This document shows, piece after piece, positions 25,201 to 39,100 of a DNA stretch of 64,000 nucleotides. Source of the DNA: Marsupella aquatica (taxonomy: Eukaryota; Plantae; Marchantiophyta); assembly GCA_973895155.1 (NCBI GenBank), contig OZ316896.1, positions 1,984,001 through 2,048,000 of the forward strand. Direction: 5' to 3'. Under the pieces are notes generated by a model. That model was not told the DNA's origin. It saw nothing but the letters and a program-made list of their open reading frames with translations, and ran no database searches. How positions within the stretch are numbered: the stretch's first letter is position 1; each line of letters opens with the position of its first letter. The position numbers were made by a program, and so were the translations under genes.

Positions 25201-25814
25201 ATGTTCGGGTTGACCTGGCCGCCCTTCTCACAACCGATGTATCCACGATCAGGATCTCAAACTTTCTGCCTTCACTTCCAGCGGTGGAGTTGGCATTCCC
25301 CTCACAACGAATCAATCAGTACCCTCATATCCAGGCTCTCATCATGCAATGCAAGATTGGTCCTATAATCCGGACCCAAGATCCTCTACCAAAAGGGTAG
25401 AGCCTCCTCACTCTACTACTTAAACAGCCTAATGCGCTCGGGAGCTCAAAACCTACCAAGTTTGGCTTTGAGAGGTGTGAGAGGCCGGATCGACTCTCCT
25501 TCCTTATATCCGGATTCTGTTGTGGTCGTGCCTGTGTTTGACTTATGATTTTAAAAACTTTGGCAATGGACAGTTGTTGTTTAGTAGAGTCTCGGTATAA
25601 GCTTTATATCTCATTCAAGGCTTATAGTAAAAAGTTCTGGATTGATCCTCCTTCTCTAATATCAATCCGGGTTGACCTTAGATCAGCTTGAAAGTCTCAT
25701 AACACTTCAAAGTAGTCTTCAGGTCCCTCTTCAGCCTCATTTGAGATTTTAAACATAAAAATTCTAAAATTTATGGTTAGTTAACCCTTCTTTTATAAAC
25801 ATCCTTATCTCACA
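22215..25814 (-). mobile_element. 3.6-kb solo-LTR-like insertion carrying a long ORF, nested in an intron of A
   Basis: TG(tagcaagg)...(ccttatctca)CA with perfect 5-bp TSD TTTGA at 22210-22214 and 25815-25819. No gag/pol and no internal LTR pair seen. Confidence 0.8.
23199..24945 (-). pseudogene. Retrotransposon accessory-type protein with coiled-coil C-terminus; one frameshift (~24510) and one stop
   Basis: GCESLMELPWSYQSEDMIREI...KDGFNVSKCLDPDLRRVFSFLLPLLYPEKPRRVT..VN*AKLIFDLI..PTPLSCYLAHLY; similar to the ORF in the insert in B. Confidence 0.7.
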
Positions 25815-26752
25815 TTTGAGACCATCGGGTAGTGTAAGTGGCAATGAAAGCATTAAAAAGCAACTGAGTAGTCTCAGGGATTGAGGTGAGGTTTCAGTTT
25901 GCTTTGGCGCAGAAAAAAGGAGCGAATGCTGGGCCTAGTCATGGGGTAAAAAATGTTGTTACGTATGGCATTTGGAAAGCTAGAAAAACAGACAGAGGGG
26001 TCCAAAAGCATTCATGAGCTAAACGAGAGCTCTACACACAATAGTAGCAACAAATCAATCAAGAAGAACACATTACAACACACATAAGTAATTACAAGCA
26101 GTAGGATTTAGCATTGACAAAATACTTGGTATTGACCACTCGCAGGACAATGTAGTCTCAACCACCAAGCAGGACTAAAATGAAGGCCGCAAAGAAGCAA
26201 ACTATATGGCAAAAGGAGAAGCCTTACGGCCTCAGTCCAACTCCTCTGTAGCAAGCTTGCTTGCCTCCTGATGAGCACTACCCAAAACCAAGGTCGCCCT
26301 AAACCTCAATTGACCGAGAAAAATGCACATCCACCTTGATCGCAGCTTCAATCCGCTGATGCAGATCACTACAACCCGAACTCCAACTGACACCTTGCGA
26401 AGGGGAAGAAAAGCAAAGTGGAAACAGAAGCATAAGCAAAAGGAAAACAAAAATGGGGATGCAAAGAAAATGGCTAAGACATGCCAGAAGAAAGCAAACG
26501 GCCAAGGCATGTCAGGACGCAGCTCAAAGCGAGAACACAAGAGGCAAGCAATTGAGAGCAAAGTCAAGAAGGACCAAAAATAATGTAGCTATACACACCA
26601 GCAACCGGAAACTCACTTTAAGCTACAGGAACACTCACTGTTGTTTGTTGATTGTTGCTGCTACTATTGCTTCGCGCCCACCTGCTAGTTCGCCCAGGCC
26701 TGCAGCGCACCTCAGGAGCAGGAAGTCTCTTCAGAATTGCAGGTCTGGGCTC

Positions 26753-26916
26753 GAGCTCAAGTGTCAACAATAGTGGAAAGGGAGCGAGCGAGCAACTCCC
26801 TTTAGGGCCCTAATGCGCAACTTGCGAAGCCTTGAGCTCAAGTGTCAACAACCGTGGAAAGGGAGCGAGCGAGCAACTCCCTTTAGGGCCCTAAATAATG
26901 CGCAACTTGCGAAGCC
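26753..26916. repeat. ~80-bp tandem duplication in the 5' region of A
   Basis: gagctcaagtgtcaacaa..gtggaaagggagcgagcgagcaactccctttagggccctaa..tgcgcaacttgcgaagcc occurs twice. Confidence 0.9.
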
Positions 26917-27929
26917 CACCTCGCTGCTTCACAGAAGGTCCGAGCAGTTAGCACTCCTCTTTGCTGGTCGCTGCTGCACTGATTGCTCACAGGTAGACTT
27001 CCCTTTCACCATAGAAAATCCCACCAGAACTTCAATCAGCTAAGGAGCGATGGCGGCAGTAGGCAGCAATAAGCAGTTCCCCCGAGAGTAAACAAGTTTG
27101 CGATCGATGGCAAACTTAGGAGGTCAGTCCTAGGGCAGCTTCCAATTGCCCACAATACAATGCGCGGCCCTCCTCCACCCTAAAATGTAGTCCCAAGTCT
27201 AAGCTGAAATCCACAGAGAAAACCCCAAGGGCCAACTAAACGCCCGATGCTGCTTGTGCGGATGTGTGTGCGACTGCGCTGTGCCTCTTTTTGCCTTGAA
27301 AACCTCCACATTCGATATGCTCTTCCCGATGTTATTCGGGAAAATGGAATCCAATGAGCCAGGAGTGCTTGGGGAGGTTCCCGCCCGTGACAAAGACCAG
27401 GGCCGGGGGATTGAGGGGATTACATGTGCTCAACATGTGGACGGTGGAGATTGCATCCAAACGGGACTATGAATGGGAACAACTCAGACCATCCAGATGA
27501 AGGGAGACTAGGGCCTTATTCCCCCAATTAAGGACTTAAGAAGGCGTTGTTAATAGGGGGTGGGGAAAACTTTGCACCACCGAGTACTATTTTCTCACCC
27601 CCAAAAGTGCACATATTACTAAGATGCCCTGTAGAGGAATTCAAATTCTGATAAGCCCCCTTCAATTGCAAAGCAATCCATCAGCCGTAAGCAGGAGAAA
27701 TCATTATTTATATGTGTGCCTTAGTTAAAGTCGAGGTAGCGGCCTAGATAAAATTGTTTCAGAGGTAATTTAAAGAAGTTAGTAAGCTTAAAAAAATACG
27801 AATTATAAACTGGCCCACTACAATAAATGATAAAAATTGAGAACTTCAGCACATCTGGACTCTAATGGAATATTAATTTTCTTGTCTCATAATCAATCAC
27901 ACACCTGACAGATCGACCACACCAGAACA

Positions 27930-30900
27930 CGAGTCATTATGTATGGCAGACATGACTATCGCATTGACATCTCTAATGACTGTTTTGCATGTCATTTAGG
28001 GTTTTTGAAGGCTATTGGCACTCCACAAATAACCACAACCTTTAATTGCAACCCTAAACCCCACACCATGTGGGGCGGGTAGCATCCTTATTAGTGGCCC
28101 CTATCACCAGGCAAGATAGCCGATCAGCACCCTGAGGCTCCAAAGAGGCATATTGTCCATGGCATGCATGACTCCCGCATTGACATGAACAATGACTAGT
28201 TTCTAAGTCATTGGCATAAATGACATGTCAACGCACAATTACACAAATGACGACTGAGAAATTTCAGTCACCTAGGGAAAAAACTGAAAATTCCTTGGGA
28301 ATGACAAAACGGGAGGGAATTGGACCCCTTTGGACAAATCATTCCAAAGTAGTAAAAGTTGGGAGTGTTTTTCCCGAGGTTTGGTGATGCCCTTGCTTGG
28401 TGTAAAATGTTGGCTACAAAAACCCTTTAGGAGACAAAGTGGCATGACTAGTGGCCTAGGGTTCATGAGTACCCTATCCCGCACCATGTAGAGTGGATAT
28501 CATCCTCAATGGCCGGCTACGATCACAAATATTGCCAATCAGCCCCCGATGGCCCGAACGAGTCATATTGTCCATGGCATGCATGACTGCAACATTGACA
28601 TCATGAATGACGGATTTTTGTGTCATTAGCACCAATGACGTCTCCCGGCACTCCATAAATGACAAAAACCCTTAGTCACGTGCACAAATGACTCCAAATC
28701 CCTTGCAAATGACCAAATCCCTTGCAAATGACCAAATGGGGGTTATTTTCATCCCTTTGGGCAAATGAGTCCAAAGTCATACAACTTGGGACTGTTTTGC
28801 CCAAAGTTGGGTGATGCTCTTCCAAGGTGCAAAATGTGTGTTTTAAAAAGCTTTGTGGAGGCCAAGTGGTAAAACTAGTGGCCCAGGGTTGTCGAGTACC
28901 CTATCCCACACCATGTGGAGTGGGTAGCATCCCTAATGGTGGGCTACAATCATGGAGATGGCCAGTCGTTCCCCGGAGGCCCCAAAGAGTCATATTGTCC
29001 ATGGCATGCATGACTGCGACAGTGACATCATGAATGACCTATTTTTGTGTAATTTACATGAATGACGTCTCCCAGCACTCCCTAAATGACACAAACCCTT
29101 AGTCACGTGCACAAATGACTCACAATAGTGGTTTGCACCCCTTCAAGCAAATGACTCCAAAGTCATACAACTTGGGAGTGTTTTGCCCAAAGTTGGGTGA
29201 TGCCCTTCCAAGATGTAAAATGTGTGCTTTAAAAAGTGTTGTGGAGGCCAAGTGGCATAACTAGTGGCTCAGGGTGTACAAGTACCCCATCCCGCACCAT
29301 GTGGAGTGGGTAGCATCCCTAATGGCCGGCTACGATCATGTATATTGCGAATAAGCCCCCAAAGGCCCCAAGGAGTCATATTGTCCATGGCATGCTTGAC
29401 TGCCACATTGACATCATCAATGACTCATATTTGTGTCATTTGCTTAAATGACACCCCTTGGCACTCCACAAATGACAAAAACCTTTAGTCACACGCACAA
29501 ATGACTCAAGATCCCTTGCAAATGACCAAATTAGAATGATTTGCACCCTTTTGGGCAAATGACTCCAAAGTCATACAACTTGGGAGTATTTTGCCCAAAG
29601 TTGGGCCATGCCCTTCCAAGGTGAAAAAGTTGGGTCATAAAAATTATTGCGAGGCCAAATTGGGATAACTAGTAGCCCAGAGTTTAGGTGTACCCTACCC
29701 CACACCATGTGGAGTGGGTAGCATCCCTAATGGTGGGCTACAATCATGGATATGGCCAATCTACCCCCGGAGGCCCCAAGGAGTCATATTGTCCATGGCA
29801 TGTATGACTGCAACAGTGACATCATGAATGATGTCTCCCAGCACTCCCTAAATGACACAAACCCTTAGTCACATGCACAAATGACTCTAGATCCCTTGCC
29901 AATGACTCACAATAGTGGTTTGCACCCCTTCAAGCAAATGACTCCAAAGTCATACAACTTGGGAGTGTTTTGCCCAAAGTTGGGTGATGCCTTCCATGAT
30001 GCAAAATGTGTATTTTGAAAAGTGTTGTGGAGGCCAAGTGGCATAACTAGTGGCCCAGGGTTGTCAAGAACCCTATCTCGCACCATGTGAAGTGGGTATC
30101 ATCCTTAATATATGGCCGGCCCCTATCACCAATGGGGTCAATCAGCCACCAAAGGCTCTTAAGAGTCATATTCTGCATGACATACATGACCACAACATTG
30201 ACATCCCAAATGACATTTGCATAAATGACATCTAGCGGCACTTGTCAAATGACTAGAAAGTTAAGTGAGAGCAAAAATGATTGGGAATCCTTTGCAAATA
30301 ACATGAATAATATATTGAAAAAAATGACATGAGCAAATATAGGCATGTAGTACCTAAATTCTAAACCTTAAACCCTAGACCTATGCCCGAGAGTGTTATT
30401 TGGCAACCTTGCATGCCCCCATATATACTCAAACATGTGAAATGTGAATACAGCTTAAGGAATGTAAACACTTCAGGAGTCCTTGGCATATATAGGAAAG
30501 ATGTAATGAATGGGTGCAAGTATATATTTAAATGTACATACTTATTAGAGATGATCAAGCCTTTAAGTTGTACATCAATTTAATGATGAGACTCACAACA
30601 AAAGAAGGCTTGTTAGGTCTCTAAATGTATTTCAAATCTAATATGTGAGTGCCACTAGTCTTTATATATACTACCATACATTTTGGATGACTAATCATAC
30701 CCTAAACCCTAAAACATATACTAAACCATAAACCTCAAAATAGTCATATGTTGTTTATCATGTCATTTATCACTTTTGGTTTAAATGACTACTAACATTT
30801 TTAAACACTGATATTTGCATATTTGATTTATTAGTCATTAGTCACAGTCGTCTGAAATGACTTCCCATATGTGAAACACTGATATGACAGAGTTTTTGTT

Positions 30901-31142
30901 AATTGTGTCATTCACAAAGACTGTCTAAAATGACTACAACTCATGATTGTTGTCATTATAGCAGTCAAAGTCATTTGGCTCATTGGTTTAAATGACACTA
31001 TTGCAAGTATTAGTCATTTTTTGCACCCCGTCATTTTGGACAGTCATTTCAATGTCATTTATGTTATGTCATTTACATATTTTGTCATTTGAGCACATAA
31101 GTCATGTGTCATAGTCATAAAAAGCCCCATTTTCTACTAGTG
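27930..31142. repeat. Right subterminal region of A with ~6 tandem units of ~380-430 bp
   Basis: catatt(g)tccatggcatgcatgact recurs at ~28150, 28563, 28990, 29377, 29785 and 30167; many ATGAC motifs. Confidence 0.9.
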
Positions 31143-31843
31143 ATTAAAACACCCCAGCAATAAATAAATATTAGAGAATGATGATAGGCCGGATTATCAA
31201 GTGTTTTTGGCCATTTGCCATGCAAAATCCAGGCACTAAGAACATCCAATGAGGCATGCCTGTATATATGGTAGCTACTTGAGTAAAGACTCATAGGTCT
31301 TGTATTCAAATGTGGCATGGCATATGGTGGCTGGATCACTTGAATACCGACTCATAGGTCTTGGATGCAAATGTTGTCATTGGCTTCTGCTACCTCCCTT
31401 TCCCTGGGGTTTTGCAGGTCTATTTAATTTCCTTCTAAAAATACATTATCTTGTGTGTTCTTGTGAATATTATCTCTAGTGGAGTGAACTCCTTGTGTTT
31501 ACTACTTGAATGTGTGTTTGATGTATGTTGCACATGTGCATGTTGTCTTGAATACGATTTAGGGTTTAGAGTATAAGATTAAAGTTCCTTAAGTTTACAA
31601 AGAATACATGAGGACACATAGGGGATAGAGATTGCACATGCACCTCATAAAGGAAATCAATATGCATGGGCTGTCTTGTTCATACTTCATATTTTCAGGA
31701 GGGTGGACATTATTAGGGGACCACGCGTGCAGCTATGAATCCCCTCCACTTCTGTGAGGCTATGGTACAGAGATGGTTGTACATATGCGAGGTAGTACTG
31801 TTGTCAAGCTGGTGGCCTCAAGACATATGACGCAGTTAACTGT

Positions 31844-32560
31844 CACTAGTAGAAAACAATGTATTTTATGACCGAAACAATGACTATTAATCAGGTCTTT
31901 TTAACAAAACAATGACGCAATCGTTCTCGTCTTTCCAGACGCGTCACAACGGACATTTTGGTCACGGTCCTTTTGGACAAATGACGCTAAAAACATGTGG
32001 TCATTTCATACTATCCTAAATGACCGTTTTTATGATATGGTCATAAATGTTGAACGGTCCAAAATGACGACACAAATCACCATCGACGGTCAATTACCGT
32101 TGACCGTCGATGGTCCCCGTACCCAATCACACAACGACACGTGGCAATAAAAAAATAAATAACATTGGTCATTTTGGACTTGTCCAAAATGACGTACATT
32201 ATATAACAAATCAAATAGTGACACGTGGTTCAAAGAGGATTCACCATTTGGCAATATATTTGGGTCATTTTGGACATGTCCAAAATGACTACAGTATAAA
32301 CAAGTCATATTAAGACACGTGGCTCAATTGGGAGAAGACACGTAAAGATACACATTAGTCATTAATGACATGTCTTGAATGACATAAAGTGAGTCATAGT
32401 GGACTTGTTTATAATGACCATGAGAAAGGTCATTGTATATGTCATTCTTTGAATCATTTAGTCTATGTCTTTAATGACCAGAGTTGAGTCATATTGGTCA
32501 CAAAGATAGTTATGAATAATGACCATTACATCAGTCATTCTAGCCAGTCATTCAGACGAA
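31844..32560. repeat. Left subterminal ATGAC/GTCAT motif region of B
   Basis: Many aaatgac/gtcattt motifs in both orientations, e.g. ggtcattttggac..gtccaaaatgac. Confidence 0.85.
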
Positions 32561-32906
32561 GTATTCAATGATTTGGAGAAATTCAAATTTAAGTGATCAT
32601 GATAGATAAAACTTGATGTCAATCAAAAATCATACATTACAAAGCCATTCAATAGATTTGCTGAATGAAAACTTAAAGAAACATTCGATATATATCACAA
32701 ATCCAATTGATATTCATACAAGATACCTTCATAAGTCTCACGGTAAATATTGAACTCAATGCAAATTTATGAAACACAATTACATTGACATCAATAATAT
32801 TAGATTGTCAATTGTTACAACCTGACATACCAATCACTCTGCATGTTTATAGAAAAACAGAGTTGTCATTCTATCATGTCTATTGTTTCTTGATAGAGTG
32901 CTATTT

Positions 32907-35760
32907 CTATTGCTTCTTAAGCAATCTAGAGTTCCATAGGGCATTCATCCCTTTCACATCAGATAATTTAGACTGGTTCTCCCCTGAATTGGCAAATGGC
33001 AATGCCACATCTACAAACACTTCAATCACACGCACTCGCAAGAAAGGGCTTTCAAAATCTGCACAATGAAACTTATCTTCTCCTGGCAGCCCTGTCACCT
33101 CACCTTCTACCACTATCATGGAATTGTCCACAACGCTCTTCATCTTCACCAAATCTCCTCTTGCAAACTGCGAACAACACATTTTGTTAAAAATGCAATA
33201 AACAGAAATTGAAAGATAGAAGAACACTCAAATCAAACACACATTTACCTTTGCAACGGGGTTAGGAGACTGCATTGGTTTCTTCTGTGCAGGTGATGCA
33301 TTTGCTGAGGATCCTTTCTTCCTTTTCTTCTTTCCCTTTCTAGTTGATGGAGTGTCATCCTGCTCACTTGGAATGGGAGTTTCTTTTGGCAACTCAGATG
33401 ATTCTGGGGTTACATCTGGTGTCAACTGAGTCGACTTATCCTCTGGCAACTGAAAGGCATCTGAAATGGCTTCTTTGGGCAACTTAGATGGCAAAAGGTT
33501 CACTTCCAATTCAGTTTGCTTTAGAGTACTGTTAGCTATGTCAGTTGGTCTTCCCTGCAACACAGGAGGCTCCCCTAAAGATGCTGTCATAAAACACACA
33601 CAAAAGAAATGCATAAACAAACATGTATACACCAGCAACATATAATCACACTAAAAACATGCAAGAACATTATAAACATGCAATGACATATACACATCAC
33701 AATAATTACATTGAATGGACAGTGTATACATGATAGAGAATTTTACCTTCATTATCGCCTGAAAAAGTAAGAGATCGCTTTCTACTACCTTGTTTGGTAG
33801 TTGTAGTCAACTTACTGTGACTAGGCACAACTGTTGGAACTTGTGCATTACTGGGGTGATGTGCCATCCACGTAGTCATCATGTTTGTCAACTCCCTCAT
33901 AGTGCCTTTCAACTCAGCAATATCCAATTTCACAGCCCCAATGGCAGTTGATCTCTTCTTTTGAATGTGGGGTCTGTAAATGAACCACAAACCAACACAA
34001 CAGTCTCACTGTCAAACTTACAAATGACACAACACTAGCTCTGTCAAATGGAGAATGATGTACAAATCAAATTAATTGGTATGACAATACTCACAGCTGA
34101 TCCATGTCTGTTTCCTCGCCCCAGTAAGCTAGCACTTTTACCCTCCCCACTTGCCAATGATGGGCTCACCTTTGCTCCCACAAAACTACCAGTCTGACCT
34201 TCTGCACTTGCCAATGATGGGCTCATTGTCACCTTTGGCAATGAACCCTGACTACCATGGTTTTCTTTCAGGTCAGATATACCTGGGCTTGATCCTCTCT
34301 TCTGCTTCTGTTCAAACACACAATGAATGAGAAATCACAGAGTCTGTTTTCATCAAGATTCACAAACAAGACAAAATTGATAGTGAAAATGATAGACAAT
34401 TTACCATTCTCTTTGCTGCTGCAACATGCCCTCCCCTTCCAAAGTGAGAGGTATCTTGCACTCGTGCTCTTTTATCAGTCATCTGTTTACTCAAAGATAT
34501 CAATGTTGGACTGGTAAACTGAGATACCAAAGCTGCCCATTTCTTTGGATCAACACCAGATGGCCCAGGTTTGGTTGGATCCTCATTGCAAACTTTCTTC
34601 CAATAAACATGCATTTTATGGCGCTCTCTCTTCAATATGCCACGACAATGACTCTGGAATTTGGTGTTAATAAATTCCCCACCCACATACTCCCACTCAG
34701 CTGCCATGTTATTCCACACTGTGGTTGTATGAACTTGTGGATGATCAGTCCATTTTGGCTTTGATACATCAAAGACTCTGAGTACGTTGCCACGAAGTTC
34801 CTCCAGCCAGTATTGTTTGTTGCCATCAGAATCATCAATATCATTGTCATAAATCTGCATTTCACAGACAATGTCAGATCATAACTCTAGAATTTATGCA
34901 GAGTCCAGGTTTTATACACACAACAACAGAGAGGATCAGATTTGTCTAAATCTACATTCAAAACAAGTACAATACTCACTTTAATGTGTTTGGGCACCTC
35001 TCCGCAATCCCTTCATTGTTTGGCAGTATTATCAAACTGCTTCTTAGCATGCCTTCATTCCCTGCACATCTCAGAGGCCCCTCCTGCAATGCACACACAT
35101 GCATTCAATCAAAAAATATGTACATGATTGAAAATTTGAGCAAATGTACTTGCATATGCATGACGAGCAGATTGTGTATTACCTGAAGATCCTCTGGAAT
35201 GTAGTACATCAGATTGACCTGATCTGCCTTCAGATGCTGATGGAACCACTAAACAAACACACAACACCAAAGCACTTCAATTAATTTCATTTCCAAGTAG
35301 AATATCAACTTCCAAACACACCTGAAAAGTAGAACAGTACAATCCACTCACTTTCATATAAGAGTCCAGTGTCTGGGTCTTTCCAACATCTCACCAGCCC
35401 ACCTCCACCAGGCCCAGTCTTCTTAGGACCACGATTTTGTTTCTGTACCTACATCATGGACAACGTAAGCATATCAACATATAATTTGAAAAAGGGACAA
35501 GGATCCCTTCCTATTAGGATGATGAAGTTCAAGCATTACCTGTTGTGCACTCTCTGGTTCTGACCCTCCAATGTCAGAATCCTCAGTGTCATACTCAGAA
35601 GGAGAACCATAGCCATCATCACCAAACTCTGCCATGTTCACCTTGGTAACTTCTGATAGTCTAGAGCTCCTCCTCTTTGGCAATGTTTCAGTTGAAGTAC
35701 CTTTCACCAAAGCAGGCTTTCCTCTCTCTCGTTGTACATGTGTGGTTGGGCCTCTAAGGA
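32907..35760 (-). CDS. Multi-exon TnpA/Tnp1-like gene of B; exon limits approximate
   Basis: 34360-34860 encodes YWLEELRGNVLRVFD..KWAALVSQF..HFGRGG; 33706-33990 has SRKRSLTFSGD, shared with A; the last exon encodes FARGDLVKMKSVVD..GEVTGLPGEDKFHC..ALWN. Confidence 0.78.
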
Positions 35761-36186
35761 ACAAAGCAATCATCAACATACACCAATGCAGATCAAACAT
35801 ACATGCAAAATGAATCTACAACACCGTAACACTAGTACTTATGTACAGGATCCATATATACTAGTATGAGACCAATCTGGAATATGAAAACTGAACATGA
35901 ACCTGACAACTCCATCTACTGAATCAAATTTGCAATAGACATATCAACACACACATCAGCTTGCAGTCTGGCCCCAGTCCTAGATCACGCATAATTCTGA
36001 CATTATGCTCTATGTTCCGATTTTGGGCCTCCTCATAAGGATTCACAGAATGTGACAACCCCTGCAATCTTCCTTTCACAGGCTGCATTCACCAACTGCA
36101 CAAATGGGTAAACCATTAGTCTGATTTCATAAATAGTCCATACATGTAGTCCATCTATGGACTTCACACACCTAGCTAAAACCTAT

Positions 36187-39100
36187 TCACTGCTTAGGCC
36201 TGCCCTTTCTTGCAGATCCCTCTGCATCTCTGCCTCGTTTGGGACCAGTACTTGGTCCTGGATTTGCTCTGGACCTACAGGCCTTAGCCAATTCGATGTG
36301 TAATTTGGCATTGTTTTCCATTGTAGCATGGAAATCAACGTCTGTGTAATCACCTAACACCCTTGTGGACCTGGATTCTTTGTGGAGGATTGTTCTCCAT
36401 GCTATCCCCTTCTCATTGGGGTGGAAGAAAACCTGCTCCACTTGCTTTGGGAAAACGTAATCCATTTTCTTGGACACACCCAGTTCTCTATGGAAATTTA
36501 CCTGCCAAAGACCAGACTTGGTATACCTCATACTGGCAGAGGATTTAGGAGTCCATGATGGATCTGCCCATTTCCCTTTGAAAAGAATCACCTCTTTCCT
36601 CAAGCTGCCATAATTCAGTACCAAGATATCTGTCAAGGCCCCTACATACTGTACAGATTCTTCTATGGTTGCACCAGGCCTGTCCACTCGCTTCTCAGTG
36701 AATGTAGAAGCCATCCCAGAATCAAAAGTGCTGAAAGCACCAGAATCACAATCACTCAAACACCCCAAGGATGGAATAGTCCTCCAATGGTGCCCATAGG
36801 CTCTACATGCCCTATACAGTCGTGCCTTCAAACTAGGTGGTGTGGAGTATGCAGATAGTAATGATCGCTCAGACTCTTTCTCAAAATTATGGGTATTGAC
36901 TAATGTTTGAAACCATTCCCTGAAAGGTGGCAATTCTTGGCAGTCAACGGGAAATTCCACTGGTTTTCTTCGATTGGTAGGCTTCCTCATCCACTCCTTC
37001 CGGAAATCCACTCTTCGTTTGGTAAAAGTCTCATTGGTAGCATCATATATCCTGCATGGCAACAACAACACTGAAGACATTAGTGCACGATCCACCATGA
37101 ATATACAAACACAATGGGGCAACATAATTATGATCCATATGCCTAAGGATAGGAGAGTTTCTAGGGTTTATGTACCTGTACCATGGAGCCACTGTCTCTT
37201 CATTCTCTAATATATAATGATGCATGGCCATCATTTCAGACCAATCCAAAGTTATCGCCTTTGCAGCCCCTTCCAAAACAATGCCTGCAACGCCAGCATC
37301 CTCCTCCAACTCCCAGGTTTGTTTTCCCTCTCCCTTTGCATCAATCATGTATTCAGAAAGAAATCCCAAAGACTCATCTAATACATAGCCTTCAGCCATA
37401 GAAGCCTCTGGACGTGCCTTGTTTCGTACATAACCCTTCAATACCTTCAGGTTCCTCTCTATTGGGTACATCCATCTGCCTGTAACTGGGCCACACAAGT
37501 CTAATTCCTCCACTAGGTGAATCATTAAATGGGTCATGACATCAAAGAAGCTTGGTGGAAAATGGATTTCCAAAATGCAGAGAGTGAATGCAACATCCAT
37601 CATCAAATTCTCATACATTGAAGGGTCCCACACCTTCGTACAGATCTGGCGATAGATATTGCTCACCCCAGCTATGGCCAAGCGAACCCCTTCATCAAGT
37701 AATCCCATTGTTGCCAGAGGGAGAATCTGTTGCATGAGTTGGTGGAAATCATGTGATTTCAACCTAGAGAGTTTCTTGGATTTTGTAACACACTTTGCCA
37801 AAGAACTTGAAAAACCAGTGGGCCCTTTCAAGGTCAATAAAACCTCCAAGAACCTTGTTCTTTCCTTCTTGCTCAGGCAATATGGGGCTGGGGGCATCAA
37901 CAATTTGTCATCCTTACGCTTGGGAGCTGGATTGGGTACAAGCCATAGGTGTTGGTGCACCTGTAAGAGCTTCATGTCTTCTCTCACAGAAGGAGTGTCC
38001 TTGGTCCCAATGATAGTGTGCACAATGTTGTGTGCAAGATTCTTCTCACAGTGCATGGGATCTAGACAATGGTTAATGAGTAGTTTCTGCAGTGGACACA
38101 CAATTCAGAAATTAGGGCATTGAATACAACTTTTGGCATCACTGGGCAGTAGTTTGTGCAGTGGACACAATTCAGAAATTAGTGCATTGAATACAACAAT
38201 TACAAAATCTGGGCTACAGGAAGTATATGAAGAGAATATATTTCAAAGTCATATGAAGAGATTGCAGAAATTCATTGTAGTAGTATGGAGTCTTACATTC
38301 CAATAGGGCAACTTGTACAGACCAGCAGCCCTCTTCACTCCATGCACCTTTATGGGGCATTTCTCATCCTCAACCTTGGTTCCTTCCTTCTTCAAATATT
38401 CTGTTGTCTCGTCTCCCCACTTCTTTCTATCAGAGCTTGTCATTCTACACGGTGCAGGTCGACTCTCAATTGCACCATCAAAGTATTGTGCACTATCTGG
38501 TCTACGAAAAAGATGCCTTGCTGCTAACCATCGACGGTGGCCACTGTACTCTAATTTCTGCAAGTGCTTAGAACCACGTGCCACACATTCTGGCCCACAG
38601 ATGACACATCCTTTGTATCCAGAGTGTTGTTGTCCAGATATTAAACCATATGCAGGGTAATCATTGATTGTCCACAATAGCACAGCCCTAAGGTTGAAGT
38701 GTTGAGACAATCCTGGGCGTGGCAATTTGTCAAAGCAGGGCACTCCTTTCTTCCACAACAGCTCCAGCTCCTCATAGAATGGGCCCAATATTATGTCTAG
38801 CTGTTCCTCTGTTACTGAATCAGGTCCTGGAATCAGCATAGCTAGCATGACAAAGAACTTCTTGGTGGTAAGCCAAGGAGGTAAATTGTAATTCAACAAC
38901 AGTATTGGCCAGGTAGACCAAGCTGTGGAATTATTCCCAAAGGGATTCACCCCATCAAGTGCCAACCCAAATTGCACATTCCTTGGTTCAGCTGCAAATT
39001 CCCGATCAATATTTGTATCCACATGCTTCCAAGCCTTTGAATCTACTGCGTGCCGAACCATGTTGTCTGTGATTCTATTCTCATGATGCCAAGTCATGAG

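Larger units (their letters stand above)
10714..31142 (-). mobile_element. Full-length CACTA (En/Spm) transposon A, ~20.4 kb including a nested insert
   Basis: TIRs: left CACTAGTGGAAAATagtgtccttaATGACT, reverse complement of right CACTAGTAGAAAATggggctttttATGACT. Dense ATGAC/GTCAT subterminal motifs at both ends; internal TnpD and TnpA-like genes. Flanks AAA/ATT give no 3-bp TSD. Confidence 0.92.
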
